From a virus: a stretch of 64,000 bases of DNA. A program made the translations under genes and the position numbers. Below the pieces are notes generated by a model. The model worked only from the letters and a program-made list of their open reading frames with translations. It searched no databases and was not told the DNA's origin. The stretch is taken from the IMG/VR virus record IMGVR_UViG_3300045988_135886. One strand, given 5' to 3'. This document shows positions 19,327 through 28,704 of the stretch, piece by piece (position 1 is the stretch's first letter; every line of letters begins with the position of its first letter).

Positions 19327-20076
19327 TTATTTGCCTTTCTTTGCTTTCAGTTCCTGCAGCTTTTTATCAATTTCATCATCTTTCATTTTCTTATCCAGAC
19401 GCTGTTTCTGTACAGTAGTAGAACTTTCATAAGCGATCCTAGCTCCATCAGCAGCTTCTTTCTGCTTTTTAACTCCGTCACGTACTTTCTCTAACATCTT
19501 TTCCTCTTCGCTGGAACATACTCCTGGCGTTACATTAAAAGCTTTTGATGCCTGAGCAGTCTCCAAAGTTAAAACAGCACTTTCTTTTTCTGCTTTTAAA
19601 TCATTAAGTTGCTGCTGTAATACTTCTACTTTTTCTTTCTGTACATCAGCATTTTCTTTCCATTCTTTTAATGTATTTTTAATAAAATCAATCTTATCAT
19701 TCAGCTCCTGTTGTTCTTTTAAGTAGACTTTTGCCGCTTCGTCATCTCCTCGATCCACACAAGCATTTACATTTACATCTGCTTTCATGGCATCTTTCTT
19801 CAAATGGAACAAATCATCTTCATAATTAGAAATCTTACCAAGCATCTGCTGATATCTTACATTTTCCTGCTGAAGTTCATCTTCTTTCTTCTCAATAGCG
19901 GCATTATAATATGCTTTAGCTCCTTCAGGTGTAGACGCATCTTTCTGAATCGCTTCGTTTGCCGTGCCAGATGCTCTTATCCTTACTCTTTTTCCAATTT
20001 TACTATTAAAAAAGAAACAAAGTCCTACGAGTACTAAAATAACAATTATAATAATTGCTCCAGCTGTAATATTCAT
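19327..20076 (-). CDS. PspA/IM30-family protein with N-terminal TM anchor
   Basis: 249 aa. TM helix IIIIVILVLVGLCFFF, then a long coiled coil that aligns with PspA (DDEAAKVYLKEQQEL..., C-terminal LQELKAKK). Confidence 0.65.
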   Translation of the reverse strand: MNITAGAIIIIVILVLVGLCFFFNSKIGKRVRIRASGTANEAIQKDASTPEGAKAYYNAAIEKKEDELQQENVRYQQMLGKISNYEDDLFHLKKDAMKADVNVNACVDRGDDEAAKVYLKEQQELNDKIDFIKNTLKEWKENADVQKEKVEVLQQQLNDLKAEKESAVLTLETAQASKAFNVTPGVCSSEEEKMLEKVRDGVKKQKEAADGARIAYESSTTVQKQRLDKKMKDDEIDKKLQELKAKKGK

Positions 20077-20714
20077 TAGTCTCTCCCCTCATCAATATCA
20101 AGCCCAAAGTTTTTAAACAGTTCTGTCATACCTCCTACATAACCGGAACCTAATGCCTGGAATTTGAATCCATCTCCGTAACGGTATAATTTACCCATTT
20201 CTACTGCATTCAATTTTTCAAAGTTTTCATTCTCAGACAGATCATATTCATACTTATCACCATCTGGATTGTCGTAATCACAAATTGTCATAATTGCATT
20301 GGAGACCATTCCAAAATTCTGCATACGCTGTAAGGCCCTAAAAATTGTTAAGCAGATAGTAAATTCTGTTTTATCTTTCGGGAAAGTATCAGCATGCACA
20401 ATGAAATATTCGTCATAATGCTTTCCATTGAAAATCATTCCCTGAGAATCATCACCAGTTTTATTGTCTCCTGAATAGTCTACCCAAGGATATGCAGAAC
20501 CATCTTCATAGGTTTTATAGTTTACTAAATCTTCTGGATACACTACTTTACGACTTGAATCTGTTAAAAATCCATTGATATCAAAGTCAATGTCTGCTTC
20601 ACCAGCATAACGGTTCTGATCCCAATTGACTCCAATAAAGAAATTCTTAATGCCTGTACCATCTTCTTTTACCATACTAATTTTCTGATTTTTGCTCATG
20701 TTGATTACTGCCAT
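20076..20714 (-). CDS. terD: TerD-domain stress protein
   Basis: 212 aa. DIDFDINGFL and SGDNKTGDDSQG Ca2+-binding-type motifs. Confidence 0.85.
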   Translation of the reverse strand: MAVINMSKNQKISMVKEDGTGIKNFFIGVNWDQNRYAGEADIDFDINGFLTDSSRKVVYPEDLVNYKTYEDGSAYPWVDYSGDNKTGDDSQGMIFNGKHYDEYFIVHADTFPKDKTEFTICLTIFRALQRMQNFGMVSNAIMTICDYDNPDGDKYEYDLSENENFEKLNAVEMGKLYRYGDGFKFQALGSGYVGGMTELFKNFGLDIDEGRD

Positions 20715-20731
20715 ATTTCTTTATCTCCTTT

Positions 20732-21499
20732 TTATTTATTATTCAGCCAGTCTTTATACTGACGAAGAATCTCTGTATATAACTGTTCATCAGACATTTT
20801 ATTCATGTCTTTTACTGCTGTAAAACCAGTGTTATCATGTTTTCTACCTTTCATATCATCAAGAGATTTTAAATAGTCAAAATCTTCATCTCCAATTCCT
20901 ATGAACTGCACGAAGATGTTGTACTCTGAAAGCTCTTTAATAACTGCATTGGTGGCAAAAGTATCACTGTTCTCACCATCTGTAATAAAAATGATAAATG
21001 CTGGAATCTCACTTGGCTCAATATCTTTATAATATGTAACCATTTCTTTCAATACAGGAGCATAATTAGTACCACCCATATACATATGAGCTTTTTTCAT
21101 AACATTTTTAACATAACTACTATAATTATCAGCGTTAGCAGCTTTTAAGCGCTCTGCTCCATTTGAGAACAGCCAACTCTCAAGTTCTCCATTATCGTCA
21201 AATCTTAGAGCAATAGGCAACAAACGAGAAATGGTTTCCTGTACAGATCCATTATCATACAGCCAATCCATACTTCCTGAATAATCCATTGCAAGAGCTA
21301 CTCTAGCCGTATGTTTTGTCATATCAATCTTGCTTCCCTTAGACATATCAATAAGTACTTTGCCAAGATTTTCATTGTGCTTAGACATATCAATTGTCTG
21401 TAACTTTTCTTCATATACAGGTTGCTGAGTTACAGCAGAAGATAACTCTACTGCTGCTTCCTCATCTTTTTTTCCGAATAATTTTCCCAAAAATCCCAT
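20732..21499 (-). CDS. vWA-domain protein (TerF/TerY-like)
   Basis: 255 aa. MIDAS-type DYSGSM and FITDGENSD motifs. Adjacent to TerD. Confidence 0.7.
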   Translation of the reverse strand: MGFLGKLFGKKDEEAAVELSSAVTQQPVYEEKLQTIDMSKHNENLGKVLIDMSKGSKIDMTKHTARVALAMDYSGSMDWLYDNGSVQETISRLLPIALRFDDNGELESWLFSNGAERLKAANADNYSSYVKNVMKKAHMYMGGTNYAPVLKEMVTYYKDIEPSEIPAFIIFITDGENSDTFATNAVIKELSEYNIFVQFIGIGDEDFDYLKSLDDMKGRKHDNTGFTAVKDMNKMSDEQLYTEILRQYKDWLNNK

Positions 21500-21500
21500 T

Positions 21501-24122
21501 TTAGTTACTTCCTTTCTTACAAATTGCTTTTCTAATCCAATCTACAGGCACAACCATAAATGCTGTCACTAAGACTACAATCCACTGTTTAGCATCCATT
21601 GGAGTTGTCTGTACTAGATTTCCTACAAAGTTACACAAAACTACAGTCATTGCAAAAATACCCAATGCGATATACACAAATAATTTGTTATTTTTAATTC
21701 CTTTGAAAAGATTCATACTATCTGTTCTAATAGTGAATCCATTAAATACTGCCATTAGACACAATAAAGCGAATCTCGCTGTCATAGCCGAAAGTTTTGT
21801 TGTAAACATATTTCCAACTGGACCAAATGTAATTACACCAAATAAAGCAATAAATACAATTGAACTTAATGCAATTCTCCCTTTCGCTCCACGGATAAAT
21901 AATCCGGATCCTTTCATGATAGGCTCTTCATTCATATATTCCTCTTTTGGCGGTTCTCCACCAAAGCTTAATGAGTTAAGTGAATCCATGATGATATTTA
22001 CAATAAGGATCTGAACTGCTGCTAATAGAGCAGAGCCACCAGAAATAATTGGAAATACCATACTTAAGATCAACAACGAAATATTGATAGGTAGCTGGAA
22101 TTCAAGGAACATCATAATGTTATGCATAAATGTTCTACCAAGTTCGACTGCCTTTACCACACTTGCAAAATTATTGTCTGTCAAAACAATATCTGCTGCT
22201 TCTTTTGCTACATCAGATCCGTCTTGCATTCCAAAGCCTACATCTGCTTTCTTTAGTGCAGGAGCATCGTTCACACCGTCTCCGGTCATTGCCACAGACA
22301 TTCCAATTTCTTGCGCTAATGTTACAAGACGAAGCTTCGTATTCGGTGAGCATCTGGAAATTACTCTTAACTGTGGAATAATTTCTTTTACTTTTACATC
22401 TGACATTGCCTCAAACTCATCATTGGTAACTGCTAAGTCTCCAGGCTTATAAATGCCAGCTTCCATAGCAACAGCCTTAGCAGTCTCCATACAGTCACCA
22501 GTAATTTCAATTACCTGAATTCCAGCTTTATGAGCAATTTTTACTGCTTCTGGAACTTCATTCCTAACCGGGTCAACAACTCCAATGACTCCAAGGAGAT
22601 TCATTTCATCGGGGAGACCATCATCAGTTTTATCTGAGATAGTCAATGCAATACATCTCATTGCCTTCTCTGTCAATCCCTTAATATGGCTCTTTAAAGC
22701 TTTTCTTTTTTCTTCTGTCAGCTCAGTTGCAATGCCATCATTATCAAGATAAAATTTACACTTCTCAATTAATTTCTCTGGTGCGCCTTTATAAACAGTA
22801 AAATCATTTGCTCCATTATTTAAAGTAACTGCAGAGAATTTATTTTCACTACTAAATGGAACACGTTTTTTCATGATAGCTTTATTCTGTATTTTTTGTG
22901 CATCTTCAGGAGAAAGCATATCAAGCACTGCTCGATCAATTGAATTGCCACCAGTGATATTCCCATTAGAATCAAACACTGCACTATTATTCATACAAAT
23001 GTTTAAATCAATTAGCTCGTTGAGCGGACTTTCCTTATTAAAAATATCCTGACAGTTACCGTTAATCATAACTGTAGAAGTCATTTCACCTGTTGTGAGA
23101 GTTCCTGTCTTATCCGTACAAATTAAATTAACATATGCCAATTCAGGAATTTTACCAGTATTCTTCGCAAGAATATTGAATTTTTCCATTGTCGATACAT
23201 TCTGTTTAGTTACAAGTTTTACAATGAGTGGCAGACCTTCCGGTACAGCCGCAACAATAATTGTTAATGCATTTGAGATATTCTGTGCTACTTTCTGAAT
23301 ATTTTCAAGAATGTTTCCTGAGAAATACTGACTTAAACTTCCAGCATTTAAGATACCTGTAATTGTCATAATTACAAATGCTAATACTGCCGCAATTGTT
23401 CCCCATTTTGAAATAAAATCACACAAATGATCCAGAGCAATATCAAGAGCTGTCTTAGGAGGCTCTAAAGTCTGCATTTTGACAAGAGTATCACCGTTAA
23501 CTGTATTAACACCAACATCTGTAACAATCATTTTTCCTTCACCAGACATAATAACTGTTCCTGCAAAGAGCGAACACTGATCCGTATATGCAGCAGTAGA
23601 TGTTGTTTTAACATGCTTATAATTAGCACTAGGAATTTTTCTACATTCTTTTGTCTCTCCATTGATAGCGGCATTATTAACAGAAATTTCTCCTTCAACA
23701 ATAAAACCATCTGCAAAAATCTCTTGTCCAGTTCTCAATAAAACTAAATCACCTACTACCAGATCATCTTTATTAATTGTCTGTACGCTTCCATCTCGAA
23801 CAACATCACAATATCTAACTGCCGTTTTTGCTCTTAACTCTGCTGCAGATTTCTGTATTCCTAGACCTGTCTTAACAGCAATTTCAGTAACAATAGCTAA
23901 AACTACTATAATCATTACAGGTTCAGAAAGAGCCATTACTCCCATAGCTCCTAGAACTAACTGGAATAAAGCAATTATTATTAGAATCATAGTAATTGGC
24001 TCAGTTAATGCTTCCTTAGCAAAATGATACCATTTTTTCAATTCAGGTTCCGGAAGCTTATTACTTCCATATGTAGTCCTACTAACCCCTACTTCGCTAC
24101 TTTTTAATCCATTAAAATTCAT
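21501..24122 (-). CDS. P2-type cation (Ca2+)-transporting P-type ATPase
   Basis: 873 aa. CTDKTGTLT, TGDGVNDAPALKKADVG and VPEGLP in the TM4 region. No CPC or N-terminal CxxC heavy-metal motifs. Confidence 0.9.
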   Translation of the reverse strand: MNFNGLKSSEVGVSRTTYGSNKLPEPELKKWYHFAKEALTEPITMILIIIALFQLVLGAMGVMALSEPVMIIVVLAIVTEIAVKTGLGIQKSAAELRAKTAVRYCDVVRDGSVQTINKDDLVVGDLVLLRTGQEIFADGFIVEGEISVNNAAINGETKECRKIPSANYKHVKTTSTAAYTDQCSLFAGTVIMSGEGKMIVTDVGVNTVNGDTLVKMQTLEPPKTALDIALDHLCDFISKWGTIAAVLAFVIMTITGILNAGSLSQYFSGNILENIQKVAQNISNALTIIVAAVPEGLPLIVKLVTKQNVSTMEKFNILAKNTGKIPELAYVNLICTDKTGTLTTGEMTSTVMINGNCQDIFNKESPLNELIDLNICMNNSAVFDSNGNITGGNSIDRAVLDMLSPEDAQKIQNKAIMKKRVPFSSENKFSAVTLNNGANDFTVYKGAPEKLIEKCKFYLDNDGIATELTEEKRKALKSHIKGLTEKAMRCIALTISDKTDDGLPDEMNLLGVIGVVDPVRNEVPEAVKIAHKAGIQVIEITGDCMETAKAVAMEAGIYKPGDLAVTNDEFEAMSDVKVKEIIPQLRVISRCSPNTKLRLVTLAQEIGMSVAMTGDGVNDAPALKKADVGFGMQDGSDVAKEAADIVLTDNNFASVVKAVELGRTFMHNIMMFLEFQLPINISLLILSMVFPIISGGSALLAAVQILIVNIIMDSLNSLSFGGEPPKEEYMNEEPIMKGSGLFIRGAKGRIALSSIVFIALFGVITFGPVGNMFTTKLSAMTARFALLCLMAVFNGFTIRTDSMNLFKGIKNNKLFVYIALGIFAMTVVLCNFVGNLVQTTPMDAKQWIVVLVTAFMVVPVDWIRKAICKKGSN

Positions 24123-24124
24123 TC

Positions 24125-25159
24125 TTAAATCTCTCCTAATACAATTCTTTCATTGACAGACATTACAAACTCTTCTATAGCTTTATAATTTGGTTTATCA
24201 GGCAATGAGGTATTCTTTGAATCATACTCAAGTCTTTTCTCTAACTCGTTTACCATTTCAAAAAATTCTGGGATAGGCTGACTGTTTGCATCCAAATATT
24301 CTCCATTACGTAGAGCCATAAGAAGCTCATGATCATCTTCTCTATATGTAATAATTTTGCCTTTTTCAAGAATATCAAAACACATAAGATACAATCTCAC
24401 TAAATGGCACATATGCTTTCCTAGCTTATTATGTTCTATGGCATGTCTGTTTCTTTTTCCAACTTTAGAGTAATCCTTAACAATATTTTTCATTTCAGCC
24501 CACATCCCCTGATAATCATTCAAAGGATAGTGCTTCAACTGGATATCCATAAATACTTCTGTTTCATAATCTTCCTGAATACCTTTATCTACATAAAGCT
24601 TTATTGCATCTTCTGGAAAATTGAAATACTTTTCAGGGAAAGTATAAAAAGCATTCATAATACTATTAAGAACATGCTGCATTCTTTCTTCTTGCCCTAG
24701 CTTTCTAGCAGCTTTATTATCAAGCCTTCTTAGCTGGCTTGTAGCATAGCCTCCAAAAGAATAGATCGCTTTCTTAGATAAAAACATTTCAGCATTATCA
24801 AGAAGTTCTTGACCAATTGGATGAATATAAAGATAATGTTCCGGCTTCAATCCTATCAGCTCAATTGTGTTTGGGTTGCAGTTTGACAATAGAGTTATCA
24901 ATTTATTAAAAGAATAGATTGTTGTATCTGTTGTTTCTTCCGTTACCTGATCAAAATTATGTGTAGGAATCAGGATTTCTTCTCTTTTATTTAAAGCACA
25001 ACCCCTAATATCCAGATCGGAGCTTTCTGTATCTGTACCATAAGCATGAGACCCACCTAAGCCTAATAGAATTATGTTGCTCCCCAGGTGCTCGTCCGCT
25101 CTTAAGAAATCATAATGTTCACTTTTCAACAACTTCTTGATTTTCTCTATCTTCATCAA
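24125..25159 (-). CDS. Pol-beta superfamily nucleotidyltransferase (RlaP/YcgL-like)
   Basis: 344 aa. GLGGSHAYGTDTESSDLDIRG motif and the helical C-terminal KHMCHLVRLYLM segment. Confidence 0.65.
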   Translation of the reverse strand: MMKIEKIKKLLKSEHYDFLRADEHLGSNIILLGLGGSHAYGTDTESSDLDIRGCALNKREEILIPTHNFDQVTEETTDTTIYSFNKLITLLSNCNPNTIELIGLKPEHYLYIHPIGQELLDNAEMFLSKKAIYSFGGYATSQLRRLDNKAARKLGQEERMQHVLNSIMNAFYTFPEKYFNFPEDAIKLYVDKGIQEDYETEVFMDIQLKHYPLNDYQGMWAEMKNIVKDYSKVGKRNRHAIEHNKLGKHMCHLVRLYLMCFDILEKGKIITYREDDHELLMALRNGEYLDANSQPIPEFFEMVNELEKRLEYDSKNTSLPDKPNYKAIEEFVMSVNERIVLGEI

Positions 25160-25637
25160 TTTCTCCTGTTGAATAATAATAATTTACTATATCGTCTAAG
25201 TTCCTTATCTCTTTTTCTAACTCTGCACACTTTTTCTTGCTATCACATGCCCATAACTGTTTTCGTAGCTTCGTTGCAACCTCAGATACCTTTTCTGCTT
25301 CTTCTGTTTTATCAATGGTTTCTATGACATCAACTTCAATTGGTTCTCCGCAAAATGGACAGAATTTAAGAGGGTAATAATAGTCTTCAGGCCATGTATC
25401 TTCCCAGTCTTGGACTTCTTCGCTTACGTAAAAGAAAATTCCAAAAGTTTCATCAGTTTTATAGTCACAACCATGGCATTCTATAGTTTCACAAGTTCTA
25501 CATAAATAGTTATCAGGATATTCATTAGAAATAACTATCCTAGGATTCTCTTCCAATGCTTTGCAACAGAATTTAGGTTTATAATATTTATAAGATGTGC
25601 TCCTATCTACAATTATTTGCTTTGCTTTTATTTCCAT
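25119..25637 (-). CDS. Cys-rich hypothetical protein
   Basis: 172 aa. CRTCETIECHGCDY and FCPFCGE motifs. Confidence 0.5.
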   Translation of the reverse strand: MEIKAKQIIVDRSTSYKYYKPKFCCKALEENPRIVISNEYPDNYLCRTCETIECHGCDYKTDETFGIFFYVSEEVQDWEDTWPEDYYYPLKFCPFCGEPIEVDVIETIDKTEEAEKVSEVATKLRKQLWACDSKKKCAELEKEIRNLDDIVNYYYSTGEIDEDRENQEVVEK

Positions 25638-25646
25638 GTTTACACC

Positions 25647-26030
25647 TCAGATAATCTGTAAGTTTTCATCACCAATAAGCCATGCAGAATCTAAAATAAA
25701 ATTTTCATATGGATCACCATTGTCATTCCAGAACTCATCCGATCCAACCTCCCAATCGCCCAATGTTCCAGCATTAAAGTTACCGTATAAATAATCTGCC
25801 ACATATTCTAAAAACGCATCTGCAGCCTTATCATAATCTTCTTTTCTTATTAACTCTTCTACATCCGGCTCAAGATCAATCCATTTATGCTGTTCAATCA
25901 AAAAAGATTTAGCGTTGTCTCTTACTTTCAGCAGTGAGTTTTTAATGTCTGTCAATGTTGCATCTTTCTTTTTTGCAATGATATAACTTGAAGACGAACT
26001 ATTAGTAACAAATCCTCTTCTTATTTTCAT
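25647..26030 (-). CDS. NSSSSS-family acidic protein, paralog 1
   Basis: MKIRRGFVTNSSSSSYII N-terminus. The rest is Asp/Glu-rich. Confidence 0.6.
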   Translation of the reverse strand: MKIRRGFVTNSSSSSYIIAKKKDATLTDIKNSLLKVRDNAKSFLIEQHKWIDLEPDVEELIRKEDYDKAADAFLEYVADYLYGNFNAGTLGDWEVGSDEFWNDNGDPYENFILDSAWLIGDENLQII

Positions 26031-26425
26031 TAACCATCTCTCCCTTCTCCTTCAGCAACTTCTATATCAGCAAATCCATTTACTTCCGTAATAGCATCTA
26101 TTGCTTCATTCATAGAGAAATCATAATCATATACAGCATCACCCCATTCATCATAATAAGCATCGTTCCTGTCCTCAATTACGATATATTCTCCATCAGG
26201 GTGCTTTTCTAAAATGTCATCAACTCCATAAATGACCGCTCCGCACCAACTAGCACCAAGCTCACCGGACCAGTTTCTTTCATCATTTACACCAGTGACA
26301 TCTAATACATCAAGATTGAACTGATCAATTATCTTCTGAGCTTTTTCTTTGTCAGCAATCCTTGCAAAGCAAATAATGAAACTGCTAGAGCTTGAATTAG
26401 TAACAAATCCTTTCCGTATTTTCAT
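26030..26425 (-). CDS. NSSSSS-family acidic protein, paralog 2
   Basis: MKIRKGFVTNSSSSSFII N-terminus. Strongly acidic C-terminal half. Confidence 0.6.
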   Translation of the reverse strand: MKIRKGFVTNSSSSSFIICFARIADKEKAQKIIDQFNLDVLDVTGVNDERNWSGELGASWCGAVIYGVDDILEKHPDGEYIVIEDRNDAYYDEWGDAVYDYDFSMNEAIDAITEVNGFADIEVAEGEGRDG

Positions 26426-26437
26426 GAGCCCTCCTTT

Positions 26438-26626
26438 CTAGTGGCTCTCGCCACTAGATTTCTTATTCCACTTAGGTTTATCGACTTTTATTTTATTTAC
26501 ATGTTTAGAGAATGCAAGTGACTTCTTAGACTGCTTCATTCCATGTTTAACCATCCTAGTATGTTTCTTTCCATTTTTATCTACTTTTGTCTCATACTCT
26601 TTGTTCCAGGAATTCTTTGATCTCAT
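26438..26626 (-). CDS. Small highly basic protein
   Basis: 62 aa, Lys-rich. Confidence 0.4.
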   Translation of the reverse strand: MRSKNSWNKEYETKVDKNGKKHTRMVKHGMKQSKKSLAFSKHVNKIKVDKPKWNKKSSGESH

Positions 26627-26627
26627 A

Positions 26628-27776
26628 TTACATGTCCTCCATTGAATAAATTACTCTTTCTAAACTTCTTTTTGATTTGAAACACTTCTTAAGTAAACAC
26701 CACATAATGGCTTTTTCAGTATCATCTTCGTCTTCCCAATCATTTAAGACTACAGAAGTCTGTGTTCCATCTTTGAATCCTACAGTAGTTCTAATTTTCC
26801 CTGTAGCAATATCTTTTGTTCTTCCTACAAATGAAATATCATCTTTAGACAATGTTTTATAAACACGTTTATCAAAATCATCTTTAGATATAATGTATAC
26901 ATCAACGCCTAAAGCCTCTTTAATTTGACGTTCACAGCTCCTAAACTCTTTATCGAGTGCATGCTTATGATTAATAGTTTCTTGAGCCTTCTCTAAAGCT
27001 ACAGCAATATCTTCTGGTGAGCAACAATATGTCATATTATTATCCTCCTTGTAATTGAAATACGGCATTGGTTTCATTTTAAACTTATTTTTTGTATGTA
27101 AACGATCAATCCGTCTTTTAATTTCCGGATCATCGCAAATACCTGTACGAATATATCTATCTAATACTGCATAGGTAAATCCGAAGTTATCTTCATCTGA
27201 TTTACCGCATAACCCATCTGATGGTGTTTTCTCTACATATTTTTTAGGTAATCCTAAGTAATAACCGATTCTTTTTACTTCACTCTTTGTGAACTGTGCC
27301 AATGGAGCAAAGTCTCCTGCTGAGTCACCATATCTAGTGGAGTATCCGATGTAATCCTCACTAAGGTTACATGTATTAACCACTCTTCCATTGTGTGACT
27401 GCGATACCCCGTATAGAGTGGCCATTCTTAGTCTAGGAGCGAGATTAATTAATGTCTGATCTGTTACATTAAATGCAGCATCAATTTGATCAATAATATC
27501 ATCATAAGCTGATCCAATATTAATAGTAAGATAATCAATGTTTAATACATGCTGGCAAATATCATAAGCCACACAAATATCATCCTGTTTATAATTTGGC
27601 ATAATTACTCCAAGAACCTTGTCAGCTCCAATAGCTTCTACACATAACTCAGCAGCCACTAAAGAATCAACACCACCGGAGATACCTACTATAAAATTAC
27701 ATCCTGGGCCGTTCTCTTCTCTCCAATCTCTAATCCACTGAATACAATCATTTGTTGCTTTTTCTACATTAAACAT
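26628..27776 (-). CDS. nadE: NAD+ synthetase (NadE-like PP-loop ATPase) fused to a C-terminal domain of ~130 aa of unknown function
   Basis: 382 aa. GISGGVDSLVAAELC PP-loop. The NadE-like region covers about 250 aa; the remainder (from MTYCCSPEDIAVALE...) has no recognisable motif. Confidence 0.8.
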   Translation of the reverse strand: MFNVEKATNDCIQWIRDWREENGPGCNFIVGISGGVDSLVAAELCVEAIGADKVLGVIMPNYKQDDICVAYDICQHVLNIDYLTINIGSAYDDIIDQIDAAFNVTDQTLINLAPRLRMATLYGVSQSHNGRVVNTCNLSEDYIGYSTRYGDSAGDFAPLAQFTKSEVKRIGYYLGLPKKYVEKTPSDGLCGKSDEDNFGFTYAVLDRYIRTGICDDPEIKRRIDRLHTKNKFKMKPMPYFNYKEDNNMTYCCSPEDIAVALEKAQETINHKHALDKEFRSCERQIKEALGVDVYIISKDDFDKRVYKTLSKDDISFVGRTKDIATGKIRTTVGFKDGTQTSVVLNDWEDEDDTEKAIMWCLLKKCFKSKRSLERVIYSMEDM

Positions 27777-28269
27777 TCTGCTCCTCCAATTTCCACAATT
27801 CTACTTTAAAACTACTTAATTCTTCTTCTATAATCTTATAAACCACTTCCCAGTCTGCTCCTCCTCTTCCGCAGCCTATTTTGTATGGGAGTGCAATGGT
27901 TGTCTTATGAGGCCTGTTATCAGCATCAAACCAATAAACAGGTATTTGTTGTTGAATGAAATTTAATCCTTCTCGAAAAGCTTTAACATCAGTATATTGT
28001 TTCCCATCATATTCGTATTTATCTTGTGCAAATAAGGATAATATTCCTTGATTTTTCCTTCTGATAAAGTATTCGTCATATGTTCCAAGAAGTAATTCTG
28101 GATTAAACTCACGTAATTTACAGACGTTTCTATAATGTATATAAATACCTTCGTCATAATCTCTTAATGCTTTAGCAACTCCAGTATTCATTTTTCCTTG
28201 GCAATTAACTTGATGAATTATATAGTCGGTCTGCGCATCTACAATGTTACCTTCAATAATTTTAATCAT
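27769..28269 (-). CDS. Macro-domain protein (ADP-ribose binding/hydrolase)
   Basis: MIKIIEGNIVDAQTDYIIHQVNCQGKMNTGVAKAL...IGCGRGGADW. The start is moved to the second Met to remove the overlap with the upstream ORF. Confidence 0.75.
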   Translation of the reverse strand: MIKIIEGNIVDAQTDYIIHQVNCQGKMNTGVAKALRDYDEGIYIHYRNVCKLREFNPELLLGTYDEYFIRRKNQGILSLFAQDKYEYDGKQYTDVKAFREGLNFIQQQIPVYWFDADNRPHKTTIALPYKIGCGRGGADWEVVYKIIEEELSSFKVELWKLEEQNV

Positions 28270-28279
28270 AAATCTTTTC

Positions 28280-28687
28280 CTATAAATCCTGAAATGTAAA
28301 CTTCTCGCCACAGGAGCAAATCACTTCTCCAATAGTTCCTATTGATGTTGGTGTAAAGCACCATGTAAGAGAACCGCCTATGCAACCATGTCCCATTGCT
28401 CTCTGTTTAGAAGTTTTCAGACCATGTTTCTCAGCATCATGTTTTAATTCCCACTCTCTGATTTTCTCTTGTTCTTTTTCTGAAATTGGAAATCCTCTAT
28501 ATAAATCGTCTTTTGCTTCTTTTAACTCAGCTTCCATTCTTTGCATTTCAGAATCTTTATAATGCTCATCTTTGAGCTTCTTGTTTTCTTCTTCTAAGTA
28601 TTTAATTCGTTTTTCATAAGTGTCTACTTTATCAACAATCCCCTGACAAAGATCTGAAACTGAATCAGTAAAATATGTACTACTCAT
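28280..28687 (-). CDS. Hypothetical coiled-coil protein with a Cys/His C-terminus
   Basis: 135 aa. GHGCIGG...CSCGEKF. Confidence 0.5.
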   Translation of the reverse strand: MSSTYFTDSVSDLCQGIVDKVDTYEKRIKYLEEENKKLKDEHYKDSEMQRMEAELKEAKDDLYRGFPISEKEQEKIREWELKHDAEKHGLKTSKQRAMGHGCIGGSLTWCFTPTSIGTIGEVICSCGEKFTFQDL

Positions 28688-28704
28688 TTTTTATACCTCC
28701 ATAT

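Noticed and set aside
21501-24122. Heavy-metal (P1B) ATPase or tellurite-related transporter
   Set aside because: There is no CPC/CPH transmembrane motif and no N-terminal CxxC metal-binding domain. The PEGLP motif and overall architecture fit P2-type Ca2+ pumps.
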